A stretch of DNA of 64,000 nucleotides. Origin: a virus. The DNA is taken from positions 1 through 64,000 of IMG/VR virus record IMGVR_UViG_3300033148_003591. One strand, written 5' to 3'. The first letter of the stretch is position 1. Each line of letters begins with the position of its first letter. The position numbers and the translations under genes are program-made. The notes beneath the pieces were generated by a model that saw only the letters and a list, made by a program, of their open reading frames with translations, did no database searches and was not told the origin of the DNA. Positions 28,315 to 39,600 of the stretch are shown one piece after another.

Positions 28315-28797
28315 ATGTCAATAACGTATAGAAAAACAAATAACATTCTAGCATCCTTATACTATTTTATACAGGCTCAATTAACGGCTGATGGATTGGA
28401 TTGGGGTTTAATTTACGGATTTAAAAAAGTATATGGTACGACATTACCTGTAATAGCTATACGTGCTGTTATTAAAGAATTAATATTTGCAGAAATAGGT
28501 TCTACTTCAACAACAAAAGATTATTCTATTTATATAGATATTTTCGCAAGTGATGATGATGAAAAAAATGATATTAAAGATTGGCTTACTGATACAATTA
28601 TAGATGGGTGTGATTTTAACACTTATGTAATAGGTGATGATGGAGTTCCTGTATCTACACCGACATCTAAAAATATAATCATAACAAGTTTAGCCGAGGA
28701 AGCTATAAATTTAAATACTGATAAAAGTCAATTAGACATTCATGACAGATATAGAATTAGATTAAATTTAACTGTAACAACAGGAGAGGTATCATAA
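28315..28797 (+). CDS. putative tail terminator
   Basis: LP.I.I and IDIFA patterns; synteny before the tube gene. Confidence 0.55.
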   Translation: MSITYRKTNNILASLYYFIQAQLTADGLDWGLIYGFKKVYGTTLPVIAIRAVIKELIFAEIGSTSTTKDYSIYIDIFASDDDEKNDIKDWLTDTIIDGCDFNTYVIGDDGVPVSTPTSKNIIITSLAEEAINLNTDKSQLDIHDRYRIRLNLTVTTGEVS

Positions 28798-28798
28798 T

Positions 28799-29032
28799 AT
28801 GGATATTAAAACAATTTGTGTAATAGTGAGTACGATTTTATCATTCTGTACATTTATTGGTGCAGCTATTGGATTCTGTGTTATAAAATTTAATGATTTT
28901 AAACATATCGAAAAAAATCAAACAGAAATAAATGATAAACTCGACAAGTTATTAACAATTAGTAACGATAACACTAAAGATATCGCTGTTATTAACGAAA
29001 GATGCAAGACGCACAAAACTATTAAAGATTAA
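28799..29032 (+). CDS. small membrane protein, holin/XhlA-like
   Basis: N-terminal TM plus coiled coil. Confidence 0.4.
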   Translation: MDIKTICVIVSTILSFCTFIGAAIGFCVIKFNDFKHIEKNQTEINDKLDKLLTISNDNTKDIAVINERCKTHKTIKD

Positions 29033-29047
29033 ATCAAGGAGGAAATT

Positions 29048-30274
29048 ATGATTCGTTTTAGCGGAGTAGCACCACATATGTTACAATATGAAAGTAGTGC
29101 AAGTGGAATTCAAATTGATAGAGCACAAACTATGACTGCATCAAAGGCTATGAATAATGAGGCTAATTGGGAAATTGGTACTGATGGAGTTGTAGATTAT
29201 ACTAAAGGAATTCCAGAAGTATCATACACATTAACACAAAAAGAACCATTGACCATAACACATTTTCAGCATTTTGCTGGAAAGACATCTGGTTCTGTGA
29301 GTTTAAGTGATTTTAGAACCACAGCCACAGACATTTTTTGGTTCTTAACTGATGATGATGCTACTGTAACCGGAACACTTTGGTATCCTAAACTTCGTAT
29401 GAATGGATTTAGTATATCTATTTCTGACCCACAATCACAAATTGAACGAAGTTTTGATTTGGTTGGTGAATTAGCGAAGGATTTTCAGGGCACACAGAAA
29501 TATCTTAACTATAAAATTAAAACAGTTGCGAGTGGAGAATTAGCCGGTGATGATTATTCTACTACATTAACTGACCCGACACCAGTAGAAGATGAAAGAA
29601 ATGCGGGAAAGTATTTAATAAGAGTAACCAGAATTCGTAGTGGTGTAACAACTATTGATATGGATTATGGTACAAGCACAGGCGAATATGACTATGTAAA
29701 TGGCACAAATACAATTACAGCCTACGGTGCTGCTGTTGGTGATGTTTATAAGGTTTTCTATACGGCTGCTGCTTTACCTGCTGCTGATAGTACATGGACT
29801 GAAAATACAACTGACCCAGGTGGAACACCAGCTTATTTTATTAGTGCTTGGATTGGTAGTGCAGCTAGTCAATTAACCAGAGTTCAAGGATTAACAATTG
29901 ATGTTGCTTTAGATAGGTCAGATGAAGGTGAAGTAGGTAATAAAGAAAAGGTTGTTCGTGGAAGTAATGATGAAACTGTTACTATTACAATTCCAAGGAA
30001 ATTAGAAGATTTTGTTATTGATGAAGTATTAGTCGGACAGGCTTCTGGTTTTGGGCACATAGACATTGATGATTATCTTGATAGTGTAGATTTAGTTATT
30101 AAGATTTATGAGGAAACAGCAAAATCTACATTTAAATGGGGAATAAAGATATCTAATTGTTCAGTGCCAAGTGTTGATGATTCAATTAATGTTCAGGAAT
30201 ATACAGATAGGAACACTGTGCTTGAATCAAGAACAATGGTTATGTCTGGCACTGAGAGTGATATTAATTTCTAA
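29048..30274 (+). CDS. major tail (tube) protein
   Basis: Acidic and Thr-rich, strong AGGAGG RBS, followed by a hairpin; synteny. Confidence 0.65.
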   Translation: MIRFSGVAPHMLQYESSASGIQIDRAQTMTASKAMNNEANWEIGTDGVVDYTKGIPEVSYTLTQKEPLTITHFQHFAGKTSGSVSLSDFRTTATDIFWFLTDDDATVTGTLWYPKLRMNGFSISISDPQSQIERSFDLVGELAKDFQGTQKYLNYKIKTVASGELAGDDYSTTLTDPTPVEDERNAGKYLIRVTRIRSGVTTIDMDYGTSTGEYDYVNGTNTITAYGAAVGDVYKVFYTAAALPAADSTWTENTTDPGGTPAYFISAWIGSAASQLTRVQGLTIDVALDRSDEGEVGNKEKVVRGSNDETVTITIPRKLEDFVIDEVLVGQASGFGHIDIDDYLDSVDLVIKIYEETAKSTFKWGIKISNCSVPSVDDSINVQEYTDRNTVLESRTMVMSGTESDINF

Positions 30275-30288
30275 ATAAAATGTTATTT

Positions 30289-30326
30289 GAGGAAGGGCTT
30301 ATTCAGTCCTTCCTCTGAACACTTTT
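30289..30326 (+). terminator. terminator-like hairpin after tube gene
   Basis: GAGGAAGGGCT/AGTCCTTCCTC stem; T run displaced. Confidence 0.6.
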
Positions 30327-30347
30327 CAAAATAGTAAGGAGTATATT

Positions 30348-30593
30348 ATGGATAATAAACAAGAAATAAAACAGTTGCTTGATACTCATGCGATAGCATT
30401 AGTTGGAATTTTATGTAAGCGTGTTGAGTTGATTGAAAAAATTAGTAAGGATAAACCAGCCCCAGAATTAATCAAGCATTATCCTTCACTTTTTAAATCA
30501 TTAGCAAAAGAACTTGTATATGAAGCTTTTCGTAATCTCAGAGATGATTTATACGTATCTTTTATCCCGACAATTGTATATAAAGGAAAATAA
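30348..30593 (+). CDS. hypothetical protein
   Basis: AAGGAG RBS. Confidence 0.65.
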   Translation: MDNKQEIKQLLDTHAIALVGILCKRVELIEKISKDKPAPELIKHYPSLFKSLAKELVYEAFRNLRDDLYVSFIPTIVYKGK

Positions 30594-30594
30594 T

Positions 30595-30828
30595 ATGCCT
30601 AATAAATTAGAAAAATTGGTGACTGAGATTTCTGCATTAGTTGAAAAATATTCAGATGATGAAAGTTTTATTTATGAATTACGACTTAGTACATCGAATA
30701 AATTAACAAATGAAATATACACAATAAATATGGGTAGAGATAAACACACATCAATTATTAATGTGTTAAAATTTAAACCGTGTGGGAACTATGTACTTAC
30801 TTTGAAAAGAGATGAAAATGGAAAATAA
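30595..30828 (+). CDS. hypothetical protein
   Basis: AAAGGA RBS before ATG 30595. Confidence 0.55.
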   Translation: MPNKLEKLVTEISALVEKYSDDESFIYELRLSTSNKLTNEIYTINMGRDKHTSIINVLKFKPCGNYVLTLKRDENGK

Positions 30829-31432
30829 AGAAAATTCTAAAATTTATCGGAAAAAATGGCGGGATAAACACAAAGATGAAATAAAAAATTATAATAAATT
30901 TTACGCATCTGAACATAAAGAACAAAGAAAAGAATATATTGAAAAAAATTATTATAGAGATAAAGAAAAGAATAAAATTTATCATAAAGCATACTATAAT
31001 AAAAATAAAGATAAATTAATAGCTCAGAATAAAGTGAGTAGTAAAATATGGCGAAAAAATAATAAAGATAAAGTAAATAGTATTCAAAATAAATGTATCA
31101 TTAAAAGACGAAAATCTGACATAAATTTTAGAATTTTATGCAATTTACGAACTCGTATTTGGAAGGCAATTAAGGGTTATACTAAATCTTTACCGACCAT
31201 GATGTTAATAGGATGTGAAATAGATTATTTACTATTTCACTTACAAAGTCAATTTACAGAGGAAATGAATTGGGATAATTACGGCAAATGGGAAGTAGAC
31301 CATATTCGCCCTTGTAGTAGTTTTGATTTAAGTAAACCAGAAGAACAACTAAAATGCTTTAACTACACAAATTTACAGCCTCTTTGGAAAAAAGATAATT
31401 TAATCAAAGGTGCTAAATGGAAAAATGATTAG
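30812..31432 (+). CDS. HNH / endonuclease VII-like nuclease (family B)
   Basis: LIGC...WEVDHIRPC.SFDL...CFNYTNLQPLW..DN. Confidence 0.8.
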   Translation: MKMENKENSKIYRKKWRDKHKDEIKNYNKFYASEHKEQRKEYIEKNYYRDKEKNKIYHKAYYNKNKDKLIAQNKVSSKIWRKNNKDKVNSIQNKCIIKRRKSDINFRILCNLRTRIWKAIKGYTKSLPTMMLIGCEIDYLLFHLQSQFTEEMNWDNYGKWEVDHIRPCSSFDLSKPEEQLKCFNYTNLQPLWKKDNLIKGAKWKND

Positions 31433-31449
31433 ACAAGTAAGGAGAGATA

Positions 31450-32085
31450 ATGTCAAATAAAAGTATGATAGATGGTTATATTAAACGATTAGATGATTCG
31501 CTAGGAATAAATAACATTAAAAGAAATATTGAAGATAATAAGATTTATTTTGAATATAAAGATGCTGAATATAGAATTAGAATGCCGAATTATAAAGAGA
31601 AAAAAATTATTAATACAACTAAACGGAATACATATTTAGAATTAGCCGGAAAAGTTCCTTGTGAAAAATTACTAATTGAACAATTAAAACAAAGTGGAAA
31701 ATCAATTGAGAAAATTCAAAAGGAAATAGATAATTTAGAAATTGATAAAGAAAAATATCAGGAATTATTAGCTAAAGAAGCTAAACCAGACCCAAAACGT
31801 GAAAATAAAAAAGCTATTGATGAATTGATTAAAGAAATACAAACAATAGTTTACAAACAGGTAACTTTAATTTCTAACAAAATGGATTTATTAAGCCCAT
31901 GTTTAGAAAACCAAGTAAAAGAATCAGAATTAGAATCAATAATTCTTTGCCTGTTTGAAAAAAAAGAAAAAGATAATTGGGTAAAGGTTTATAACACTAA
32001 AGACGAATTAGACAATGAAACTGACCAAATTTTATTAGACAACACTGTGGAGATGGCAAGGAATTTAGGAGTTTACCATGTCTGA
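31450..32085 (+). CDS. tail assembly chaperone (putative)
   Basis: Between tube and tape measure; YRIRMPN motif. Confidence 0.55.
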   Translation: MSNKSMIDGYIKRLDDSLGINNIKRNIEDNKIYFEYKDAEYRIRMPNYKEKKIINTTKRNTYLELAGKVPCEKLLIEQLKQSGKSIEKIQKEIDNLEIDKEKYQELLAKEAKPDPKRENKKAIDELIKEIQTIVYKQVTLISNKMDLLSPCLENQVKESELESIILCLFEKKEKDNWVKVYNTKDELDNETDQILLDNTVEMARNLGVYHV

Positions 32086-32440
32086 TTTAATAAGAAAATT
32101 AACCAGTTCATTTGAACAACAAATACTTTATGCCAGATTAAAGGATGGCGTACCGATTGAATTTTTTGAAAATAAAAAAGATTTTACTGAATTACAAATA
32201 TCTTATTTATACTGGTTAGAAATTTACAGTGGATTGTATTCATCGTTATCTACTGATACACCTTATTTGAATGAGGGTGTAATAACTGATGAAATTAGAT
32301 GTGATGCGTATTTAAAACATCGGAAAAAATTAATTCAAGAATATGAAGAAATACGTAGACCAAGAACAAATAATTTAAGAAAAAAGAGAAAAGGCATGCC
32401 TGTACCTGGCGTTCCAACAGTTGTGTATCGACCAAAATAA
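32078..32440 (+). CDS. second tail assembly chaperone (putative)
   Basis: Synteny; own AGGAG RBS. Confidence 0.5.
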   Translation: MSDLIRKLTSSFEQQILYARLKDGVPIEFFENKKDFTELQISYLYWLEIYSGLYSSLSTDTPYLNEGVITDEIRCDAYLKHRKKLIQEYEEIRRPRTNNLRKKRKGMPVPGVPTVVYRPK

Positions 32441-32449
32441 AAAGAGTAT

Positions 32450-33166
32450 ATGATGAAAACTAAAATTTGTACTAAATGTAAAAAAGAAAAATCTTTCGAT
32501 AAATTTCCTAAATGCAATCAGCATTCTGATGGAAAATCATCTTGGTGTAAAATTTGTAAATGTAAAGCATATAAAAAATATAGTTTAAAAAATAAAGATA
32601 AAATAGCATTAACAAAGAAAATATATAATTTAAAAAATAGATTAAAAATTAAATTATACCAAATGAAATACAAAAAAATTAATAAAGATAAAATAAAAAT
32701 GTCTAATCAAAAATACAATAAAATTCATAAAGAAAAACGTAAAAAATATAATAGGAATTATTTATTTGAGCACAAGGAAGAACGTAAAAGATATGTAAAT
32801 AACTATCAAAAAAACAAAAGAAAAACAAATCTAAATTTTAGAATGAAAAAAAATTTACAAAGTAGGATATCAATTGGGATTAAACATAACACCAAATCAT
32901 TATCAACCATGTTCTTAATAGGTTGTGAAATAGACTATTTACTATTTCACTTACAAAGTCAATTTACAGAAGGAATGAATTGGAACAATTACGGAACTGG
33001 ACGAAATGGTAAAGGTATGAAGGAATGGCACATTGACCACATTCGCCCATGTGCCAGCTTTGATTTATCAAAACCAAAAAAACAATGTAAATGCTTTAAC
33101 TACACAAATTTACAACCCTTATGGGCAAAGGATAATTTAACAAAAAGTATGAAGACCGAGAGGTAA
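32450..33166 (+). CDS. HNH / endonuclease VII-like nuclease (family B) with N-terminal Zn finger
   Basis: KICTKC...SWCKIC; WHIDHIRPC; NLQPLW. Confidence 0.8.
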   Translation: MMKTKICTKCKKEKSFDKFPKCNQHSDGKSSWCKICKCKAYKKYSLKNKDKIALTKKIYNLKNRLKIKLYQMKYKKINKDKIKMSNQKYNKIHKEKRKKYNRNYLFEHKEERKRYVNNYQKNKRKTNLNFRMKKNLQSRISIGIKHNTKSLSTMFLIGCEIDYLLFHLQSQFTEGMNWNNYGTGRNGKGMKEWHIDHIRPCASFDLSKPKKQCKCFNYTNLQPLWAKDNLTKSMKTER

Positions 33167-33171
33167 GTAAA

Positions 33172-36100
33172 ATGGCGTTAAATGACTCAAGAAAATTAGT
33201 ATCATTAGATTTTGAAGTACATGGACAGAAATTATATAACACTTCATTGAAATCAGCAGAACAAGCCACAGATAGATTTGGTAATAAATTAGGTGCTATT
33301 ATTGCTGTACAAAATACCAAATTAGTTAAATCAACTGATGCTGCTGGTAATAGTATTAATAAATTCAGTGGTACTTTTACTCATGCTGGTGGAGCTGTTA
33401 CAACATCAACTGCTACTATGAAAAAAGGAATAGTATCTGTTACTGCTTCTACTAAAAATATGGGTGATTCAACAAAACAAGCCACTGGAATGATTGGTGA
33501 TTTTACTAGAGCTTTAAAACGCGTAATTATAGTAGTTCCGCTATGGGCTACTTTGAGAGCAGTAATGCAAGCTGTTTCTTCAACTATTCGAGACGGGTTT
33601 GAACAAGTTAAAAAATTTAGCAAAGAATTATTGCGAGCCTCTTCAGTAATTTCTGGAACAGTATTAACAACAGGGCAAGCCTTGGATGTTTTAAAAAATA
33701 GTGTAAAAAACTTATCTAAAGAAACTGGTGTTTCTGTGGATAATTTAACAAATGCTTTTTATAGATTTGGAACAGTTGGCAATGATTTTGAATCATCAAT
33801 GGATGGAATGACAGCATCATTGCGTACAAGTATGGCTATGCAAGGAGATATAACATCTACAGCAAAAACAATGGCATTAACATATAAATTACTTGGTGAT
33901 ACTATAGATAAAAGTCTTTCTCCTCAAAAACAACAATTATTAATGGGGGCACAACTTTTTAAATTATATAGAACTAATGCATTTGAAATGAACGAAATGG
34001 ATGCAGCATTGCGTCAATTTTTACCTACAGCTAATTCGGCTAATTTTACATATGCAGAATCCATTTCTTTATTGGGAGCACTTCAATCTGCCGGTTTAAA
34101 AAGCAGTAGAGCTGGAAGATTATTAAGAACATCTGTTTCCAAATTGGTTCAAAATTTAGGTAAATTGGCGGGGGAGTTGGGTCTGTCGGTTAATCCTGAA
34201 GTAGAATCTACATTTGATGTATTGATGAAGGTTTTAGGTGCGATTAAGAAATTAGATAAAGAAGGGAAAGAATTACCAATACAAAGATTAAGTGTTTTAA
34301 AAGAAATATTTGGTGGAGTTAGAACACAAGAAGCTGGTAAAGCAATGGTTTCTGTATTGAAACTTATAAAGAAAAATTTAACCGATACAGGATTAGATAA
34401 AAACAATATTCTTTTAAGAGAATTTGCTGAACGAATTAAGACAGTAACCGATGATACATCAACTTTAATAGAACGTAATAAAAATTTAAAAAAACATATC
34501 GGAGAAGCATTTTTAATTGGAATAACTGGTTCTGATGATTTAAATGATGCATTAATGCAATTTAATAGAACATTAGAAGGTACTATAACTAACACCAAAA
34601 GCTTTTCAGAATTTTTACGCATTGCATTTTTCGCACTCGGAACTGGATTAGGAGTAATTGATTTAGCAAGATATGATGCACAAATAATAAATGCTAGTAA
34701 GAGTATAAATATTATGGATAAAGCATTAAGAGGAATTAAAGGAGAGGATACAAGGAAAGGAATTTCTGAAACATTACGAGAACTTGTAGACCCAGAAAAT
34801 CAAAAGGCTTTGTTAGCCAGTGGTCAAACATTAGAAAATATAGAACAAACTATAAAATCATTGATTCAAGCTAGTCATAGATTAGAAGGTAAAGAAGCAA
34901 TGGAATTAGAAGTTAGAATGAAAATAAATAAGACGCAAATTGAAAAACAAATAAAAGAAGAATTATTTCCAATAGAAATCACAGAAGATATTAAAATTCC
35001 CGTTTCTGTTGAAACAGATATCACTAAATATAAAGAACAATTAAAATTAGTTCAACAGGAATTAGTTGACTCCACAAAAATGCAATTATCAGAACAGAAA
35101 TTGACAAATTTTGTTAAAGATAGAGTTAAACAACATAATAAATTAGTTGGATTGGAAGAACAAGGATTACAAAAAATATCTGAAAATTTTGTATTAGCCA
35201 ATGCTTTAAGTGGTAATTATAAAAAAATAATTGCAGCTATGGGAGAAGTCAATGCAAATGAAGAGTTTTTGAAAAAATTAGTTAAGGAAGTTTTTGAATA
35301 TAAAAAATCTACATTGCAAACAGAAAAAGATTTGGCTGCTATTGAAAATAAAAGATTATTAGAAAAATTGGCAGCATCTGGAGCAACGGAATTACAAATC
35401 GCCAATAAACGTGTTGAATTAGCTACAACTGATAAAGAATTACAGGAGGCAATTCATAGATTAGAATTATCACGTTTAAAAATAATATCTAAAAGAGTTC
35501 AACAAATAAAATCAGTTACACAATCTGCTATCAAAATAGGCATAGAAGAAGGAGATATTGATTCATTCTTACAAAAATTTAGAGAAGGTATTAGAGAAAC
35601 AATGATAGATAGTTTATCAACTGGTCTTACGGAATCATTAATGAGTTTTACTGGAATAGGTCAAACTCTTGGTGGTGTTTTCGCAACTGCTGAACAAAAA
35701 TTACCTATGGCTCTTAATACAGCATTTGAAAACGGTGGTAATTCTGTAGCTTTAAAAATTTCTAACGCATTATCAACAGCTCAATTTGGTGGAATTGGTG
35801 GGGGAGCAGGTGCTGGTGTTGGTGGATTTGGTGTTGGAACTAAAGGAATAAAAGATGCGGTAGAAAAAGGAACAGTTGAGGCTCAAAAGAAATCAGCATT
35901 TAATATGCAAAATTTTCAAAAATTAATGGGTGTTGGGCTATTGGCTTTTGGATTATTTGGTGGTAAGAGTAAAGGAACTATAAGCCAACGATATCAAACT
36001 GCTGATGCGTTTAATGGAGTATCAGGAACATCAGACCCAACAACTAGAAGTTCTACTAGAGCTAAAATAACCAGTATAGTAGTAACTAATACATTTCAGT

Positions 36101-36222
36101 TAGATGGTGCTTCACTAAATGAAAGACGAACAGTTGAATCATATGCTGAAAAGATTAAATTAGTTACTAAACAAGTATTCGATAAATTATCACGTGAAGG
36201 AATAGCTTCAGGAGAATATTAA
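33172..36222 (+). CDS. tail tape measure protein (TP901-type core)
   Basis: Long helical protein; LQSAGLKSSRAGRLLR...IFGG core. Confidence 0.85.
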   Translation: MALNDSRKLVSLDFEVHGQKLYNTSLKSAEQATDRFGNKLGAIIAVQNTKLVKSTDAAGNSINKFSGTFTHAGGAVTTSTATMKKGIVSVTASTKNMGDSTKQATGMIGDFTRALKRVIIVVPLWATLRAVMQAVSSTIRDGFEQVKKFSKELLRASSVISGTVLTTGQALDVLKNSVKNLSKETGVSVDNLTNAFYRFGTVGNDFESSMDGMTASLRTSMAMQGDITSTAKTMALTYKLLGDTIDKSLSPQKQQLLMGAQLFKLYRTNAFEMNEMDAALRQFLPTANSANFTYAESISLLGALQSAGLKSSRAGRLLRTSVSKLVQNLGKLAGELGLSVNPEVESTFDVLMKVLGAIKKLDKEGKELPIQRLSVLKEIFGGVRTQEAGKAMVSVLKLIKKNLTDTGLDKNNILLREFAERIKTVTDDTSTLIERNKNLKKHIGEAFLIGITGSDDLNDALMQFNRTLEGTITNTKSFSEFLRIAFFALGTGLGVIDLARYDAQIINASKSINIMDKALRGIKGEDTRKGISETLRELVDPENQKALLASGQTLENIEQTIKSLIQASHRLEGKEAMELEVRMKINKTQIEKQIKEELFPIEITEDIKIPVSVETDITKYKEQLKLVQQELVDSTKMQLSEQKLTNFVKDRVKQHNKLVGLEEQGLQKISENFVLANALSGNYKKIIAAMGEVNANEEFLKKLVKEVFEYKKSTLQTEKDLAAIENKRLLEKLAASGATELQIANKRVELATTDKELQEAIHRLELSRLKIISKRVQQIKSVTQSAIKIGIEEGDIDSFLQKFREGIRETMIDSLSTGLTESLMSFTGIGQTLGGVFATAEQKLPMALNTAFENGGNSVALKISNALSTAQFGGIGGGAGAGVGGFGVGTKGIKDAVEKGTVEAQKKSAFNMQNFQKLMGVGLLAFGLFGGKSKGTISQRYQTADAFNGVSGTSDPTTRSSTRAKITSIVVTNTFQLDGASLNERRTVESYAEKIKLVTKQVFDKLSREGIASGEY

Positions 36223-36237
36223 GAATAGGAGAAACCA

Positions 36238-36603
36238 ATGGCACTTGAAAGTGGATATTATTATATAAAATTGGATGACATTACATTCACAACAAATCCG
36301 TCTATTTATAAAGGCTTCCGTGCTAATAAACCCATTGCTCGCAGTTTAAATTTAACTGGTACAATTACACAACAATGGGCAATTCAAAGTTCTGACAAGG
36401 ATGCTCACATTGAGTGGAATAATTTGGATAAGACACAGCTCGACTTATTAATAACAAAGTATGATGCAGCTACTACTTATACATTTATTGATATATATAA
36501 TAATAGTTATACAGTGGGTATTTCAAATCTTGATTGGACAAGACGAAGATTTTTAGATTCTCAGGGCTTTAGAGTAATTCTTGACCTTGTGCGGACTACA
36601 TAA
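36238..36603 (+). CDS. distal tail (Dit-like) protein
   Basis: Directly after tape measure; size; W.NL motif. Confidence 0.55.
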   Translation: MALESGYYYIKLDDITFTTNPSIYKGFRANKPIARSLNLTGTITQQWAIQSSDKDAHIEWNNLDKTQLDLLITKYDAATTYTFIDIYNNSYTVGISNLDWTRRRFLDSQGFRVILDLVRTT

Positions 36604-36620
36604 GTAAGGGAGATTTTATA

Positions 36621-39600
36621 ATGCAAGCTATTTCCGCAGGTGAATACAATTCGTATAATTCGGATGTTGATAAAAATCGTAATCCTAACACTAGAGTTTT
36701 TGTGCAACGCAACTACAACTCGATTCCTTTTAGTGGAAAGGCATTACAATCAACTACAACGTCAGAACGATATCCCAAGCATGTATTAAATGCTGATGGA
36801 AGATTATGTTTAGTATTTTCTAAATATAATTCAACCAATAATAAATGGGATTTGTATTTTAAAGCTTCAAACATCACAAGAACTGCATGGAATTCAATAG
36901 TTGAGTTACAATCTGATGTAACAAATGATTATAATAATCCGGCTATTGTTGATATGATAGGTAGTGATTATTTAGGAGTAATGGTTAGTAGAGATGGCAC
37001 AGATTTATATTCATGTACTGTAAATACATCTGGTGTTATACAAACAGCGTTATCCGATACAACTATAAATGGAACAAATCCTTCAATAACTAAAATAGGT
37101 TCTACATACTGGCTGGTTTATGAAAGAAGTGATGTTTTATATTATAGAACATGTATTGATTTTATTACATGGAGTGCTGAAACAAATTTAAATACTGAAA
37201 CTGGATTAAGTAATGCTCACAATAATCCTTACATTTATTATGACACATCTGATAAATTGTGGTTAGTGTTTGAAAGAGTATCTGATGCAGCAGCTAATCC
37301 GGTAGTTAAAAATAGTTATTATATGAATTCCGATGATGATGGAAGTTCGTGGAATTCTCCTGTTGCGTTGACTACATTAACTGCTGGTGAGGGAAGTGCA
37401 ATTAAACCATCAATAGTTGATGCTGTATCTAATAGATATATTTCTTATACTTTAGAAAGACAAATACAGAATTTACAATATAATAGTGGAGTAGACGAGC
37501 ATATATTCATGGTGTCTGATAATGTTAATAATCGAATAGGCATGCTTGTTGGATATCTTTATAATAATTGTTTATTAACTATTTATGATAAAACCGCTAG
37601 TACATATGTTACACACGATATAACATCTTATATGACTGGTGGATTTGCAACTGGTTTGGCATATGATGAAACTAATAAAATATGGGTTATAGGAACTGAA
37701 CAGGATGGACTAATAGTATATGACGAAGTATCAACATCTTGGAGTCAATATACTAGCACATCAACGCCAGCATTACAATCAGATGAAGTAATTTTTCAAA
37801 AATTTGTAATAGAAGATAAAATAATTTATTGCGTTACTAAGGATGCATCCACATTTTCAACGGAAAAAATTGATTTAAATACAGCCACAATTACGGCATT
37901 AGGAACTTCTGCATTTCAAACTGTTTATCATTCTGAAACATTTATTAGTAATAATTATATAATTTCAGTTTTTAGAACCAATGCTGTTGGTGATGGAATG
38001 GTGGATTATCCATTAATTCATGTATTTAATAAATCTTCAGGAGCTTCTTTATACACAGCTAATATTGGTAATGGTTCTCAATATAAATTATCATCAGATA
38101 CTACCCATGCTTCAAGTATAGAGCATAGGCGTGCACAATTTGGGTGGGATAGTGCCAATAATATAATATATTCTTTGGCTCATGATACAAATGAAACAAG
38201 CGATAACGGAATAATTGCTTATTCTGTTGGAAATTCTGCTTTAACTTTTAACAAGTATTATTCACAATTAGATGGAAATCCCACAGGATTATTGCCAAGT
38301 CCAGATGTTTTAACGGATAAAATATCTTTTATTAGAGGTGTACAATTTAATACTTTAAATAAAAGGTTATACATTCAATCTTATACAACGTTAAATAGTG
38401 GTGGTGGTCAAGATGAATATTATTATAGTGTATTGAATACTAATATGCATCAAGTATTAGAATATTATTCTAATATAGATTCTGTTACATATCTGACCAA
38501 TTTTCCAGCAATAGATTCAGTTATCAACAAATTACTCTTTAGTACATCGGCTACATTTTTTGGTAATTATTGGCTTATTGAATCTACTGATGATAAAGAA
38601 TTAATTTTTCAAACAACATCCGGTAATTATTATTGGCATATTTTAACCACTGAATCATCAGACCAAAGAGTGTATTATAGAAAATCATCCAATGATTCTG
38701 ATTGGACAGCTCAAGCTTATTTAACGAATAATTCAAAAGATACATATGTAAATTTAGGTTATTCCGATTCACGTTTAAAAGCATTTTGGGATAGATTAGG
38801 AGATTCTATATATGAATTAAGGTGGGATGAAGATTTAAGTGGTGAATTAAATATTACAGAATATGTTCAATCGGTTGAACGATTAATGACAATTGAAAAT
38901 GAAGCCAATAGTTGTGATATTGTATTAACAGATGGTAGTGGGTTATTTAATCCCACAAATTATAATTCATTGTATTATGATTATTTACAGGAAAATAATA
39001 TTATTAGAATTGAAAAAGGAAATAATGGTGAATATACTCCATATTTTTATGGATTTATTGGAGCTGGAGATTCTGATTATATTCGTGGTGATGGTATATT
39101 TTATAGATTAACTGTATGGGATAAAAGTAAAAATTACTATAAAAATAAAGTTACTACAGGACTTTATCTCAATCAAACTGTTACCGCTATCGCTGAAGAT
39201 ATTGCCAGTACACATATGAATTTATCTGGTGGTGAATATGATTTTCCTACAGTTTCTACAATAATACCACAAGTCCAATTTATTGATGAAACGCCAATGG
39301 ATATATTACGAAAAATATTTCAGATAGATAATTATTATCCTGATTTTGATGAAGAAGGATTATTAATAGCAACATTAATAAATTATGATGCGTCTGTTGA
39401 TTTTACTTATTATAAAAATGGAACAGATACTGTTGCAGCCAATAAAGCTCCCGAAATGAATATTAATTCTGTGAATTTTTCTTGGGATGATAATGAATTA
39501 ATAAATAAAGTAACTGTTATAGGTCAGGAAGAGGCAACCGGAGAAGAAGAATTTGCTGAAGAATTTATGGGATTTTTAAATGGTGTTGCGGGATGGTTTT

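Noticed and set aside
31950-32090. Programmed -1 frameshift joining the tail chaperones
   Set aside because: The second ORF is in the +1 frame relative to the first and has its own RBS
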